The notes under the pieces: model-generated
Databases searched by the model: none
The model's input: only the letters and a program-made list of their open reading frames with translations
Told to the model about the DNA's origin: nothing
Part shown: in pieces, positions 19,448-28,257 of the stretch
How positions within the stretch are numbered: position 1 is the stretch's first letter
How the letters are laid out: the number at the start of each line of letters is the position of its first letter
NCBI GenBank assembly: GCA_012517875.1
Contig: JAAYUB010000092.1
Location: 51,121 to 115,120 of the forward strand
From: Acidobacteriota bacterium
GTDB lineage: Bacteria; Acidobacteriota; JAAYUB01
Length of the DNA stretch: 64,000 bases
Reading direction: 5' to 3'
Program-made: the position numbers and the translations under genes

Positions 19448-20206
19448 TCAGAAGCTGCAGCTCAGCGTCACCCCTCCCCACAGGGCATCCGCCTCGCCGT
19501 CCCAGTTGATGCCACGCAGCGCCTCCTTGCTCTGCGTGGTCAGCGGGAACGAATACGCGATCTGGCCGTCCAGGCTGAACCGCTCGCCCAGGGGGACCGA
19601 CAGGGCAGTGTAAAGCTCCAAATTGTAGAACTGGGTGAATGGCTCGCCATCCGATCCGGACCCCATGACCTTGTGCCGGATGTTGAAGCCCATGTTGGCG
19701 CCCGTCGCCAGCTCTACGTCCCGGGGCAGGGTCCAGACACGTTCCAGGGTGCCCTGCACAAAGGCGCCGTCCCCTTCGTCGAAATCGTAGTAGACCGCCA
19801 CCTTGGGCGACACCCACCCCTCGTGGCCGACGCTGACAAACACCTCCTGGGTGGACGGATAATTCGCGATCCAATACATGATGTACCCGGCTTCCAGCTG
19901 GAGGCCCCGCCACTCCCACGCACGTCCGACATTGAAATCGATCTCGTTGGAGTCGCCGCTCCCGGGTTCCAGATTGGACCAGATGCCGGCATACCACCCG
20001 GACACATCGACCGTCACCTCCGGCTGCAGTACGACGCCCTCGCTCAGCAGCTGACCCCGCCAGAAGTAGCGGGAACAGAAGCCCACCGCGGCCTCACCCG
20101 TGACCTCGGCGGCGCACACGGCGCCGGTCGCGCCGGCGGCGACGATCAGCGCGACGACAGCCCACCGGGACCATGAACCCATCACGTTTGCCGGGTGTCC
20201 GTCCAT
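19448..20206 (-). CDS. TorF/TIGR02001-like outer-membrane beta-barrel protein
   Basis: Only the 3' part of ORF 19448..22105 is plausible; GAGGT SD before ATG 20206, signal peptide, SRYFWRG, GIWSN, EIDF motifs, terminal Phe. Confidence 0.75.
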   Translation of the reverse strand: MDGHPANVMGSWSRWAVVALIVAAGATGAVCAAEVTGEAAVGFCSRYFWRGQLLSEGVVLQPEVTVDVSGWYAGIWSNLEPGSGDSNEIDFNVGRAWEWRGLQLEAGYIMYWIANYPSTQEVFVSVGHEGWVSPKVAVYYDFDEGDGAFVQGTLERVWTLPRDVELATGANMGFNIRHKVMGSGSDGEPFTQFYNLELYTALSVPLGERFSLDGQIAYSFPLTTQSKEALRGINWDGEADALWGGVTLSCSF

Positions 20207-20401
20207 ATGCACCTCGCTGTGCGGAATGCGCGCAGCATAACACCACCGGTCCATGCTGGCAAGGGTCAACCCAGCCGGCTGCCGATGCCGATTGCGGCAA
20301 CTCCACCGGGGGATCGACCGGCCCTTGCCTTCGACGGTGCCAGTTTCTACAATACGGTGACGGTCTGTCACCGATTCTGCAATCAGCACGGAGGCTGCAT
20401 C

Positions 20402-22138
20402 ATGCGACGCATCACCTGGTCGGCCTGTTACCTGTCGCGCCGCGGGACGCTGGTCACCGGTCTCTGGCTGGGACTGGCTCTGGCGCCCGCCGCCGCCGGC
20501 AGGGACGCCCTGCCTCCGCCCACGTCGGTGCTCGCTGAGCTGACCGCCGCCGCCCGTTCGACCAAGCCGGCGGATGTGAAGCACCGTCTGAACCGCGCGG
20601 ATTCCCTCCTGGACCATGGCGCCGCGGTCGACGAGCGGGACGACCTGGGCCGCAACATCCTGCACTGGGCGGTGATCACCGCAAGCACCGCCACCCGCCG
20701 GGCCGAGCAGGAGCGCGGCATCGAGGTCCTGGAACATCTGCTGCGCCATGGCGCGGACCCCAACTGCCGGGACGTGTTCGGAAACGTGCCGCTGGATTAC
20801 GAGGGATTCGCGCCGTACGAGACCATCCAGGACCTGCTGCTGGAAAACGGGGCGGAAGGCCGTGAAGTCAACACGGTCGCCCACCGACTGGCGGAACAGG
20901 TGGCGCAACTTGAGACCGCCAGCACCGCCGGCGACATGGACCGGCTGCGCGCCTTGCTGGAGGCCGGTATCCCCATCGGGACCAGCCTGGACATCCGGCT
21001 GACCTCCGCCGTCGGCAGCGCCCGGTCCCGCGCCGGCGAGCTCGTCGAGGGCGTCATCTGCGCGCCGGTGACGGTGAACGGCCGGGCCGTGTTCGGCGCC
21101 GGGACCCGCATCCGCGGAACCGTGCTGCGCACCCAAAAATGCCGCAATGCCTATGACCGGGCCAACCTCATGCTGGACCTGTGCGACGTGATCCTGCCGA
21201 ACGGTTCCCACCTGTGCCTGACAACCCGGCTGCAGTCGGTGGACAACGCGCGCGAGACGGTCCGCGACGGGCTGATCATCGGCATCGCCTACCCGCACAA
21301 CACCGCCAGCCGGATCTCCATGGGGTTCCACATGCTCGGCAAGCTGTACCCGGCGGTGGGTTACGCATTCGACAGCGCCATGTACGCCTTCGGCCTGACC
21401 TACCACCGCGAGATCGACTACCCGGCCGGCACCGAGCTCACCGTCCAGGTGCAGCTCCCCTGCCGGTTCGCACCGCCCGCCGGCGTAACGCCGTGGCCGG
21501 AACTGACCCTCGACGAGGCGACTGCCGCACACCTTCGCAGCGGCCCTGGCCGCACCGAGTCCGCCGACGGCCGGCCCGGCGACTGTGTCAACATCGTGCT
21601 GCTCGGAACCGCCGCGCAACTGCGGCAGGGATTTGAAGCCGCGGGTTGGACCCCGGCGGAGAAGACGGGCATGGTCTACGGCGCCAAAACGTTCCTGGCC
21701 GTCCTGCAGCAGAAGGGCTACGCGACGGCGCCGGTGTCCACTTTCCTGATGGGGGATCGGCCGCCGGACCTGGTGTTCCAGAAGCAACTCAACACCTTCG
21801 CCAAGCGACATCATGTCCGGATCTGGCGGCTGTCTGAGCCCGTCGGCGGCGAGACCGCCTGGCTGGCCGCCGCCACACACGATGTGGGCATCGGCGCGGA
21901 GAAAGCCGGACTGTCCTGGTACCACCGGATCGATTCCCATATCGACCGGGAACGGGACAAGATCGCCGCCGACCTCATGTTCACGGGGCTGCCCCGGGGC
22001 GTCTGCTGGCTGGACCGGCCGGACTTCCCGCGCACCGCCAAGAACGCCACCGGGGACGATCTGGTCACCGACGGCCGGATGCTGGTGCTCGCCTTCCCGG
22101 CGCACGCGGCGACCGCCGGTACCGGGTCAGCCGATTAG
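20402..22138 (+). CDS. secreted ankyrin + VirB10/TrbI-like + LssY C-terminal domain protein
   Basis: Signal peptide; ankyrin-like DDLGRNILHWAV...LLRHGADPNCRDVFGNVPL; IRLTSAVGS...GTRIRGTV beta domain; LssY_C-like GDCVNIVLLG, RHHVRIW, ATHDVG, HRIDSHIDRERD. Confidence 0.75.
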   Translation: MRRITWSACYLSRRGTLVTGLWLGLALAPAAAGRDALPPPTSVLAELTAAARSTKPADVKHRLNRADSLLDHGAAVDERDDLGRNILHWAVITASTATRRAEQERGIEVLEHLLRHGADPNCRDVFGNVPLDYEGFAPYETIQDLLLENGAEGREVNTVAHRLAEQVAQLETASTAGDMDRLRALLEAGIPIGTSLDIRLTSAVGSARSRAGELVEGVICAPVTVNGRAVFGAGTRIRGTVLRTQKCRNAYDRANLMLDLCDVILPNGSHLCLTTRLQSVDNARETVRDGLIIGIAYPHNTASRISMGFHMLGKLYPAVGYAFDSAMYAFGLTYHREIDYPAGTELTVQVQLPCRFAPPAGVTPWPELTLDEATAAHLRSGPGRTESADGRPGDCVNIVLLGTAAQLRQGFEAAGWTPAEKTGMVYGAKTFLAVLQQKGYATAPVSTFLMGDRPPDLVFQKQLNTFAKRHHVRIWRLSEPVGGETAWLAAATHDVGIGAEKAGLSWYHRIDSHIDRERDKIAADLMFTGLPRGVCWLDRPDFPRTAKNATGDDLVTDGRMLVLAFPAHAATAGTGSAD

Positions 22139-23643
22139 TACCGCCGTTGGAAAAACGCCGGCGGCTGCGCCGCGGGATCATAGCCGGGCACCCAGCGCGC
22201 CACCTGATCCGCCCCCTGGCTGAGGCGCTGCACACACCGGGCGCTGAACTCGTCCAGCAGCCGGCGGGCTTTGTCTGCCCGCCCTCGCCGCACCAGCTCG
22301 GCGGCGCGGCGGCGGACCTCCCGCCACTCCTTCAACTCCTTCCGCTCCAGCCCGGCCCAGTGGGCGCGGATCCGCCGGATCACCTCGTCCGACTCGCCCC
22401 AGCGGGCTTCCAGGTTCCGCGACACCGCCGCCAGCCGCCACCACAGCGACTCCTTTTCATAGGCGCTCCCCGCGCGGGTCAGTTCCGCCGGGAGCCGGAG
22501 GTCCAGCGCCGGGAAGAACGGAACATACGCGTTGAGACATGGCACGTGCAGGCACGCCCACAGGGTGCCGCCCAGGCTGTCGGCCACGCCGGGCTCGGAA
22601 ACGGCGATCATCGAGCCCACGGTACCGCCGTAGCAGATGGTGCGCACCGGAACCCCCTCCAGCAGGGAGCCGGGCAGAGAACAGTGCGGATCGACGCCTG
22701 GCGTGTGCGGCCGGATGGAGCGACCGTCGTCGGTCCGGAAGGTCCAGGCCTCGAAATGGTCCCGGAGCACGGCGGCAATCCCCTCCACCGTGATCCGGCC
22801 TTCGATCCGCCGCATCCGCTCCATGCCCCGGCGATAGCGCATCTCGTTGTAGTGGGTGTTGTCCGGGCCGTGATAATCCTTGCTGTATGACAACCGGAAA
22901 CTGAATCGCCCGTTCTCCTCGCGGTACTGTCCCTGGGCTCGGGCATGTTCCATGAGCTCGCGGCGGCGCAAATGGAACCGGTCTGAATCGTCGGGCAGGT
23001 CGGGGTCGGTGATTTCGAACCGGTTGGCCCGCACACAGACACCGTCGGTCACCCGGACGGCCGCCCAGCGGTTGCCGGTGGTCTCGATGATCCAGATCTC
23101 AGTGGGGTCGGCGACGGTGTAGATCTCGGGCACCCGGCTGTGATGGCTGGCGATGAGCGCATCCACCAGGTCCACCGCTTCCCGGGCGGTGCGGCAGCGC
23201 TCCAGGATCAGGCGGGTGATGTCGTTGTCGTGGAGGGCCGGCCCGTCGAAGGTGTCCCAGGTGTTGCCGTCGTTGTTGGCCACGCTCACCTGGTGCCGGT
23301 TCATGCCCATCCCCACGCCCCAGCGCCACAGCCGGTCGTTCCGACTCCGTTCATCCATGGATTTGAAGCCGAGCAGCTGCCAGGTCTGGCGGGCGGCGTC
23401 GATGGTGATGAACTGCGTCGCCAGCGTGGCACCAGCGGGGTGTTCACCGTCCGGCTGAAAGTGGAGGATCTGGCCGGAGTCGACGGGGTAATCACGGTTT
23501 TTGCCCAGGATGGTCACGCCGTCGCGGGTGGCGCGCCCGGTGGCGCCCACCATGGTGCAGTCGGCGGCCTGGACCTGGGCCGCCAGCAGGGCCGCCGCCA
23601 GGAGGAGCCAGCCGACAATGGTCCATACGGTGCTACGCTTCAT
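22135..23643 (-). CDS. secreted C69/secernin-like Ntn-hydrolase peptidase
   Basis: Signal peptide followed by N-terminal nucleophile Cys (ADCTMV), ILGKNRD, GMNRHQVSVAN, IWIIET. Confidence 0.82.
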   Translation of the reverse strand: MKRSTVWTIVGWLLLAAALLAAQVQAADCTMVGATGRATRDGVTILGKNRDYPVDSGQILHFQPDGEHPAGATLATQFITIDAARQTWQLLGFKSMDERSRNDRLWRWGVGMGMNRHQVSVANNDGNTWDTFDGPALHDNDITRLILERCRTAREAVDLVDALIASHHSRVPEIYTVADPTEIWIIETTGNRWAAVRVTDGVCVRANRFEITDPDLPDDSDRFHLRRRELMEHARAQGQYREENGRFSFRLSYSKDYHGPDNTHYNEMRYRRGMERMRRIEGRITVEGIAAVLRDHFEAWTFRTDDGRSIRPHTPGVDPHCSLPGSLLEGVPVRTICYGGTVGSMIAVSEPGVADSLGGTLWACLHVPCLNAYVPFFPALDLRLPAELTRAGSAYEKESLWWRLAAVSRNLEARWGESDEVIRRIRAHWAGLERKELKEWREVRRRAAELVRRGRADKARRLLDEFSARCVQRLSQGADQVARWVPGYDPAAQPPAFFQRRY

Positions 23644-23733
23644 GGTTCCGCCTCAGGTTGTATTGGCTGGCGGCGACGGCCGCGCGACGCCGGCGCGTCA
23701 TCCGGAGCCGCCCGCCGCGGGATCGTGTCCGGA

Positions 23734-25854
23734 TCAGTAACCGTAGGCCGCCACCACCGCCTCGGGGCCGATGTCATTGCCGTTCTGATCGATGTGGGCA
23801 AAGTTGTAGTTGTTCCCGTTCGTGAGCTTGATGTGAAACGCCCGGTACATGCCGATGGGCAGCCGGTTGGTTTTGAATTCCTTGATGGCCGAGCGCGGCA
23901 CTTCGAAGTCGTCCGTGCGGCCGTCGATGGAGCGGATGGTCCGGTAGACCACCCGGTCAGGATAGATGGATAAATGGCCGATGCAGAACAGCGTGAAGTC
24001 GCCGCTGTGGTCGTGCCCCACGAGGAACGTCTGCGCCTGGCTTTCGACGGCGGCTTGCTGCTCCGCGTGCTCCAGGTTGCTCATCAGTTGGCGGTAGTCG
24101 CTGTTGGCGGGGAAAAACTGCATCAGCAGCCGGCACAGGCGCTTCGCGGACGCCAGGTCGCCCGAGTTGATCTGCGACTGCATCTGGCTGTGGACCATGG
24201 AGACCGCGTCCTGCTGCAACTGCAGGGCGTACGCGTGGCCGGGATCGCGCCGGAGAATCTCCCCGGTGAGCTGCAGCACGTTGTTCCCGGGTGGTTCGAT
24301 GAACCGTCCCGCGGAATACGCCTGGTAGGCCTGGGTGGACAAGGCCTGCAGCGGATCGTCCACGGGTGTTTCTCCACCCGAGCCGGGCTGGTCGCCTTTG
24401 TTCGCCCATTTGCCGGAGTCGGGCGGCTCCTCCGCCGGCGGTGGCGGCGGGACCGGTGTCGGTTGCGGCTTGGCGTCTTTCCGCCCCTTGTCCGACTGCG
24501 CCGCGCCGCCGGGAAGCACGGGCAGCGTGAGCGTGCCGGTCGGCTGGCTCGATGGCGGACTGGCGGCCGGCAGGGACGCGGGGGTTGTCACGGGCGGAGT
24601 CTGGGTGCCGCCGGAGCTGCCGCCGGCCACCGTGGTGGAGGCGGTCGGCGTCTTGGGTGACGGTTTGAGTAACACCGCCAGCACCACGACCGCCAGAGCC
24701 ACGATGATCAATCCGGCAGCGGCAACACCTCCGATTATCAGCACCTTCTTCTTGCTGGTATCGGGCCGGGCGGCGGGGAAACCGGTGCCCAGCCGCGAGT
24801 CAAACACGGTGGCGCCGGGAATCTGAACACCCTGGGTGCCCGGCGGATACGCCTGGGTGCCACCCGGATATGCCTGCGTCCCGGCAGGGTACGCCTGGGT
24901 GCCCGGCGGGTAAGCCTGTGTTCCGGCGGCGTACGCCTGGGTGCCCGGCGGCGGCGGGGGCGTGCCCGCCGGTCGGGCCGGGGCGGCGCCCGTGGCGGCA
25001 TAGGCGGCGGTGGCGCGGGGCGGCGGCGCCGTGCGGAGGGCCTCCTGCAGCGCCGCGCCGAGCGCCTGCGAAAATTCTTCGACGGTCTGATATCGGGTGC
25101 GCGGATCCTTCTCCAGGGCGTGCAGGACCGTCCGGTCGAACACCTTGGGCAGCTGCGGTAGGACCTTGGAGGGCGAGGGCGGCGGTGTGCGCACGTGGGC
25201 CTGCATGATCTCGAAATCGGTGCTTCCCCGGAACGGCACCGTGCCGGTGAGCAGCTCGAAGAGCGTGATGCCCAGCGCGTAGATGTCGCACCGAAAATCA
25301 GTCTCCTTGCCCTGGATCTGCTCGGGCGACATGTAGTACAGGGTGCCCACCTGCAGGCCGGTCTGGGTCAGGCGCGACTGGCCCATCACCCGGGCGATGC
25401 CGAAGTCCATGACCTTGACGATGCCTTGCCGGTTCACGATCATGTTCGACGGTTTGATGTCCCGGTGCAGGATGCCCATCCGGTGGGCCTGGCTCAGGCC
25501 GAACAGGGCCTGCTGGAACAGCGGCACGGCCTCGTGAAAAGGGACGGCGCCGCGCTGCCGGATCATCTGCTCCAGGTTCATCCCCTCGACGTACTCCATC
25601 ACCATGAACAACTGGTCCTGGTGGCGGAAAAAATTGTAGAGGGTGCACACGTTGGGGTGGTTGAGCTGGGCCTGGGTTTTGGCTTCGGCAAGAAACCGCT
25701 GGATCAGGCTGGCTTCCTGCGACAGCTCTTTTGACAACACCTTGATGGCGACAATGCGGTCCAGGTTGATGTCCACCGCCTTGTACACCGTGCCCATGCC
25801 GCCCTGGCCAATTTTTTCCAGAATTTTATAGTGGTCGATGACTTGACCGATCAT
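23734..25854 (-). CDS. transmembrane Ser/Thr protein kinase with heptapeptide-repeat linker
   Basis: IGQGGMGTVY, VAIK, HRDIKPSN, DFG, GTLYYMSPE; one TM helix; extracytoplasmic Pro-rich, TPR-like and PH-like regions. Confidence 0.95.
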   Translation of the reverse strand: MIGQVIDHYKILEKIGQGGMGTVYKAVDINLDRIVAIKVLSKELSQEASLIQRFLAEAKTQAQLNHPNVCTLYNFFRHQDQLFMVMEYVEGMNLEQMIRQRGAVPFHEAVPLFQQALFGLSQAHRMGILHRDIKPSNMIVNRQGIVKVMDFGIARVMGQSRLTQTGLQVGTLYYMSPEQIQGKETDFRCDIYALGITLFELLTGTVPFRGSTDFEIMQAHVRTPPPSPSKVLPQLPKVFDRTVLHALEKDPRTRYQTVEEFSQALGAALQEALRTAPPPRATAAYAATGAAPARPAGTPPPPPGTQAYAAGTQAYPPGTQAYPAGTQAYPGGTQAYPPGTQGVQIPGATVFDSRLGTGFPAARPDTSKKKVLIIGGVAAAGLIIVALAVVVLAVLLKPSPKTPTASTTVAGGSSGGTQTPPVTTPASLPAASPPSSQPTGTLTLPVLPGGAAQSDKGRKDAKPQPTPVPPPPPAEEPPDSGKWANKGDQPGSGGETPVDDPLQALSTQAYQAYSAGRFIEPPGNNVLQLTGEILRRDPGHAYALQLQQDAVSMVHSQMQSQINSGDLASAKRLCRLLMQFFPANSDYRQLMSNLEHAEQQAAVESQAQTFLVGHDHSGDFTLFCIGHLSIYPDRVVYRTIRSIDGRTDDFEVPRSAIKEFKTNRLPIGMYRAFHIKLTNGNNYNFAHIDQNGNDIGPEAVVAAYGY
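24832..24945 (-). repeat. in-frame 21-bp tandem repeat encoding (GTQAYxx) x5 plus GTQ
   Basis: GTQAYAA GTQAYPP GTQAYPA GTQAYPG GTQAYPP GTQ; synonymous variation between units. Confidence 0.95.
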
Positions 25855-25867
25855 GAGATGCCCCCGA

Positions 25868-26458
25868 TCACAATCTCCGGAATTTCAGATATACGCCGCC
25901 GATCCGGATCAGATCCTCGTCCGCCAGCAGATGGCGAGGGGACGGTTGGGTACCGCTGTTGACAAACACGGGCCCCTCCAGCCCTTCCAGGTACAGGCCG
26001 TCCCGCTCCTTCACCACCCGCGCATGGCACGGAGCCACCCCTGCCTCCTCAAGCCGCAGGCCGGCGCCATGGCCCGAGCCGACCACCAGCTGCTCGCGGT
26101 CGAGGCGGACATCCACAAACTTGGCGGCTCCGCTCATGACCACCAGCCATCCCAGCAGGGGCAGACCGCCGGACGGGCGCGCCGGGGGAGGCGTGAGCGG
26201 CAGCGTGGGCATTGCGTCAGCGGACGCGATGTCCGCCACCGTCGCACCCGGAGGCGTTCGGTAGTGTGCGGTATAACCGTCCACCACCGTCGCCCGCAAC
26301 GGTGAAGCGGGAGCCAGTTCGGTGGGTGAGGCGACCGGCACCGGAGGGGGAGTGGAACTGCCCAGTGGCTTCTGCACCCCGTCCTCGCTTCGGGCGCAGT
26401 AGGGGCACTCGGTCATCCACTCCTCCATCGGGTGTCCGTGCGCACAGAACTTCAGCAT
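25868..26458 (-). CDS. Zn-ribbon + degenerate FHA domain protein
   Basis: N-terminal CAHGH...CPYC; Pro/Thr linker; LLGWLVV followed by an FHA-like fold lacking the GR, SxxH serine and NGT motifs. Confidence 0.8.
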   Translation of the reverse strand: MLKFCAHGHPMEEWMTECPYCARSEDGVQKPLGSSTPPPVPVASPTELAPASPLRATVVDGYTAHYRTPPGATVADIASADAMPTLPLTPPPARPSGGLPLLGWLVVMSGAAKFVDVRLDREQLVVGSGHGAGLRLEEAGVAPCHARVVKERDGLYLEGLEGPVFVNSGTQPSPRHLLADEDLIRIGGVYLKFRRL

Positions 26459-26491
26459 CGTTCCACTCCGGCTCCGCCCCCGAACCGCGGA

Positions 26492-28141
26492 TCACTCCAC
26501 CCGGAAGATCGCCGCCTGTTTGCTTCCCAGAATGATCCGGTCGCCGCTTTTGACGAAATTCTGCTGAACCCGCGGCGAGTTGATGTCGTTGATGAAAGTC
26601 CCGTTCGTCGATCCCCGGTCCTCCAGCAGGAGACCTTTGGGGCTCGGAGTGAGCAGCGCATGCACCTTGGACACGTGGTCGTCCGGAATGACCACCGTGC
26701 ATTGGGATGGGTCGCGGCCGAAGATCAAGCCCTTGGACGGTATCTCCGTTACTTTGCCGGCACCAGGGCCCTTCTCGCAAACCAGCCGGCCGAAGCTGCC
26801 CACCTGCTGGCGTTGCGATTGGACATCCACAACCGTGGCCCGCATCTCCGGGGTGCCGGCCGCCGGCCGCGGGGGCGACGGGGCGGCTTTCTTCCCGCGC
26901 GACGCCAGGATCACCACCACGCCCACGATCACCAGTAACAGCAGCCCGCCCCCCACGATCGCCAGTATCGTGCCGTATCGACTGAAGAAGGTGGGCGGAT
27001 GGGCGGTGAGCCATTCCTGGCATTTGACCTGGATCCGTTTGGCGTCCGGCTGGTTGGGCATCAGGCGCAGGATCTCATCGCACTTGACGATCGCTTCCTC
27101 ATAATCCTCGTCGAAGTAGAGATCCAGCGCCTGCTGCCACAGGCTATCGATCAATCCGCGTTTTGACTGGATGCCGGCGGCACTGATGAATTCCTTGGCT
27201 GTGTTGATGGGAACGGCGAAATTGAAGCCTTGGATCGGGATGGCGCTTTGGGCGCCCGTGGGGGCCAGGCTGATGAACGTAGCGATACCGATCACCTCGC
27301 CTGTATCGTTGAAGACCGGGCCGCCCGAATTGCCCCAGGTGACCGGCGCGTCAAACTGGATGACCGGCGTGCCCTTCACGTCCAGCTTCAGGCTGGACAC
27401 GTGGCCCGAGGTGATGGAGGCTTCGAGCATCGAGGACTGGCTCAGGTAATCGTGCTGGCTCACCACGCCGGGGTAGCCGGCGGGGAACACCGCTGCCTGG
27501 AGCGAAACTGCAGCGGAGTCGCCCAGCGGCACCGTGGGCAGATTGCCCTGTTCGATCTTGAGCACCGCGATATCCTTGCCCGACTCCTCCTCCTCGTAGC
27601 TGAAGATTCCCTCGGTCTTGCCGGCGACAGGTGTGATCGGCGGGCTGTACTGCTTGATCTCGGCGGGGAAGTACTGCCAGTTCGACAGGAACACAAACAG
27701 TTGCTTGGACACCTGAAACACCGCCGCGGCCGCAAGCTGCTGGAAGACCGATACCTTCTCTTCCTGGGTCAGGGGCGCACCCTTCCGCTGCTCCAGCGCG
27801 GGAAAGATGTGCTGCGCGAGGATCTGCACCAGTGCTTGCGACTTGAGCGAGTTGTTCTCCTTGCTGTGGTACTCTTTCACCACATGGCCGTTGGTCACGA
27901 TGTAGCCGTCCGGATTGACAATGAATCCGGAGCCGGATCCGCTCATGTCCATGGGGTCGAACTCCTGCAGGCCTTCATTCGTCCGGATCGCCACCTTGAC
28001 CTGAATCCGCGAGTAGACCATGACCACGGCCGGTTTGACGGTCAGTATGTTCTTCTCGCGCGCCCGCTCTTCGGCGGCAATCAGCGGCGCCCCGAGAGCC
28101 AGCACCAACAGAAGGGCGAGAACGCACCCGCGCTGAGACAT
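26492..28141 (-). CDS. membrane-anchored trypsin-like serine protease with cytoplasmic FHA domain
   Basis: Signal peptide; triad TNGHVV / KDIAVLKI / GNSGGP; TPR-like helices; TM helix; intact FHA (FGRD, VSKVH, GSTNGTFIN). Confidence 0.92.
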   Translation of the reverse strand: MSQRGCVLALLLVLALGAPLIAAEERAREKNILTVKPAVVMVYSRIQVKVAIRTNEGLQEFDPMDMSGSGSGFIVNPDGYIVTNGHVVKEYHSKENNSLKSQALVQILAQHIFPALEQRKGAPLTQEEKVSVFQQLAAAAVFQVSKQLFVFLSNWQYFPAEIKQYSPPITPVAGKTEGIFSYEEEESGKDIAVLKIEQGNLPTVPLGDSAAVSLQAAVFPAGYPGVVSQHDYLSQSSMLEASITSGHVSSLKLDVKGTPVIQFDAPVTWGNSGGPVFNDTGEVIGIATFISLAPTGAQSAIPIQGFNFAVPINTAKEFISAAGIQSKRGLIDSLWQQALDLYFDEDYEEAIVKCDEILRLMPNQPDAKRIQVKCQEWLTAHPPTFFSRYGTILAIVGGGLLLLVIVGVVVILASRGKKAAPSPPRPAAGTPEMRATVVDVQSQRQQVGSFGRLVCEKGPGAGKVTEIPSKGLIFGRDPSQCTVVIPDDHVSKVHALLTPSPKGLLLEDRGSTNGTFINDINSPRVQQNFVKSGDRIILGSKQAAIFRVE

Positions 28142-28257
28142 ATGGCCTCCTTAAACGGTCCGGAATGCATGCCTGCCGGCGTTTTGATCTCATTGTAGCA
28201 CAGGCGCAAAGGCCCGCAATCGATTTTGCTTGGGCGCGGATTCCGGGCATGGTATAG

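Noticed and set aside
20207-22105. 885-aa ORF 19448..22105 as one giant outer-membrane protein
   Set aside because: The 5' two-thirds is antisense to the LssY_C gene; SD and signal peptide start at 20206
22135-22138. Overlapping stop codons of convergent LssY_C and C69 genes
   Set aside because: Common compact arrangement with no evidence of functional linkage
24832-24945. Tandem repeat as a CRISPR array
   Set aside because: 21-bp in-frame coding units without spacers; no cas genes
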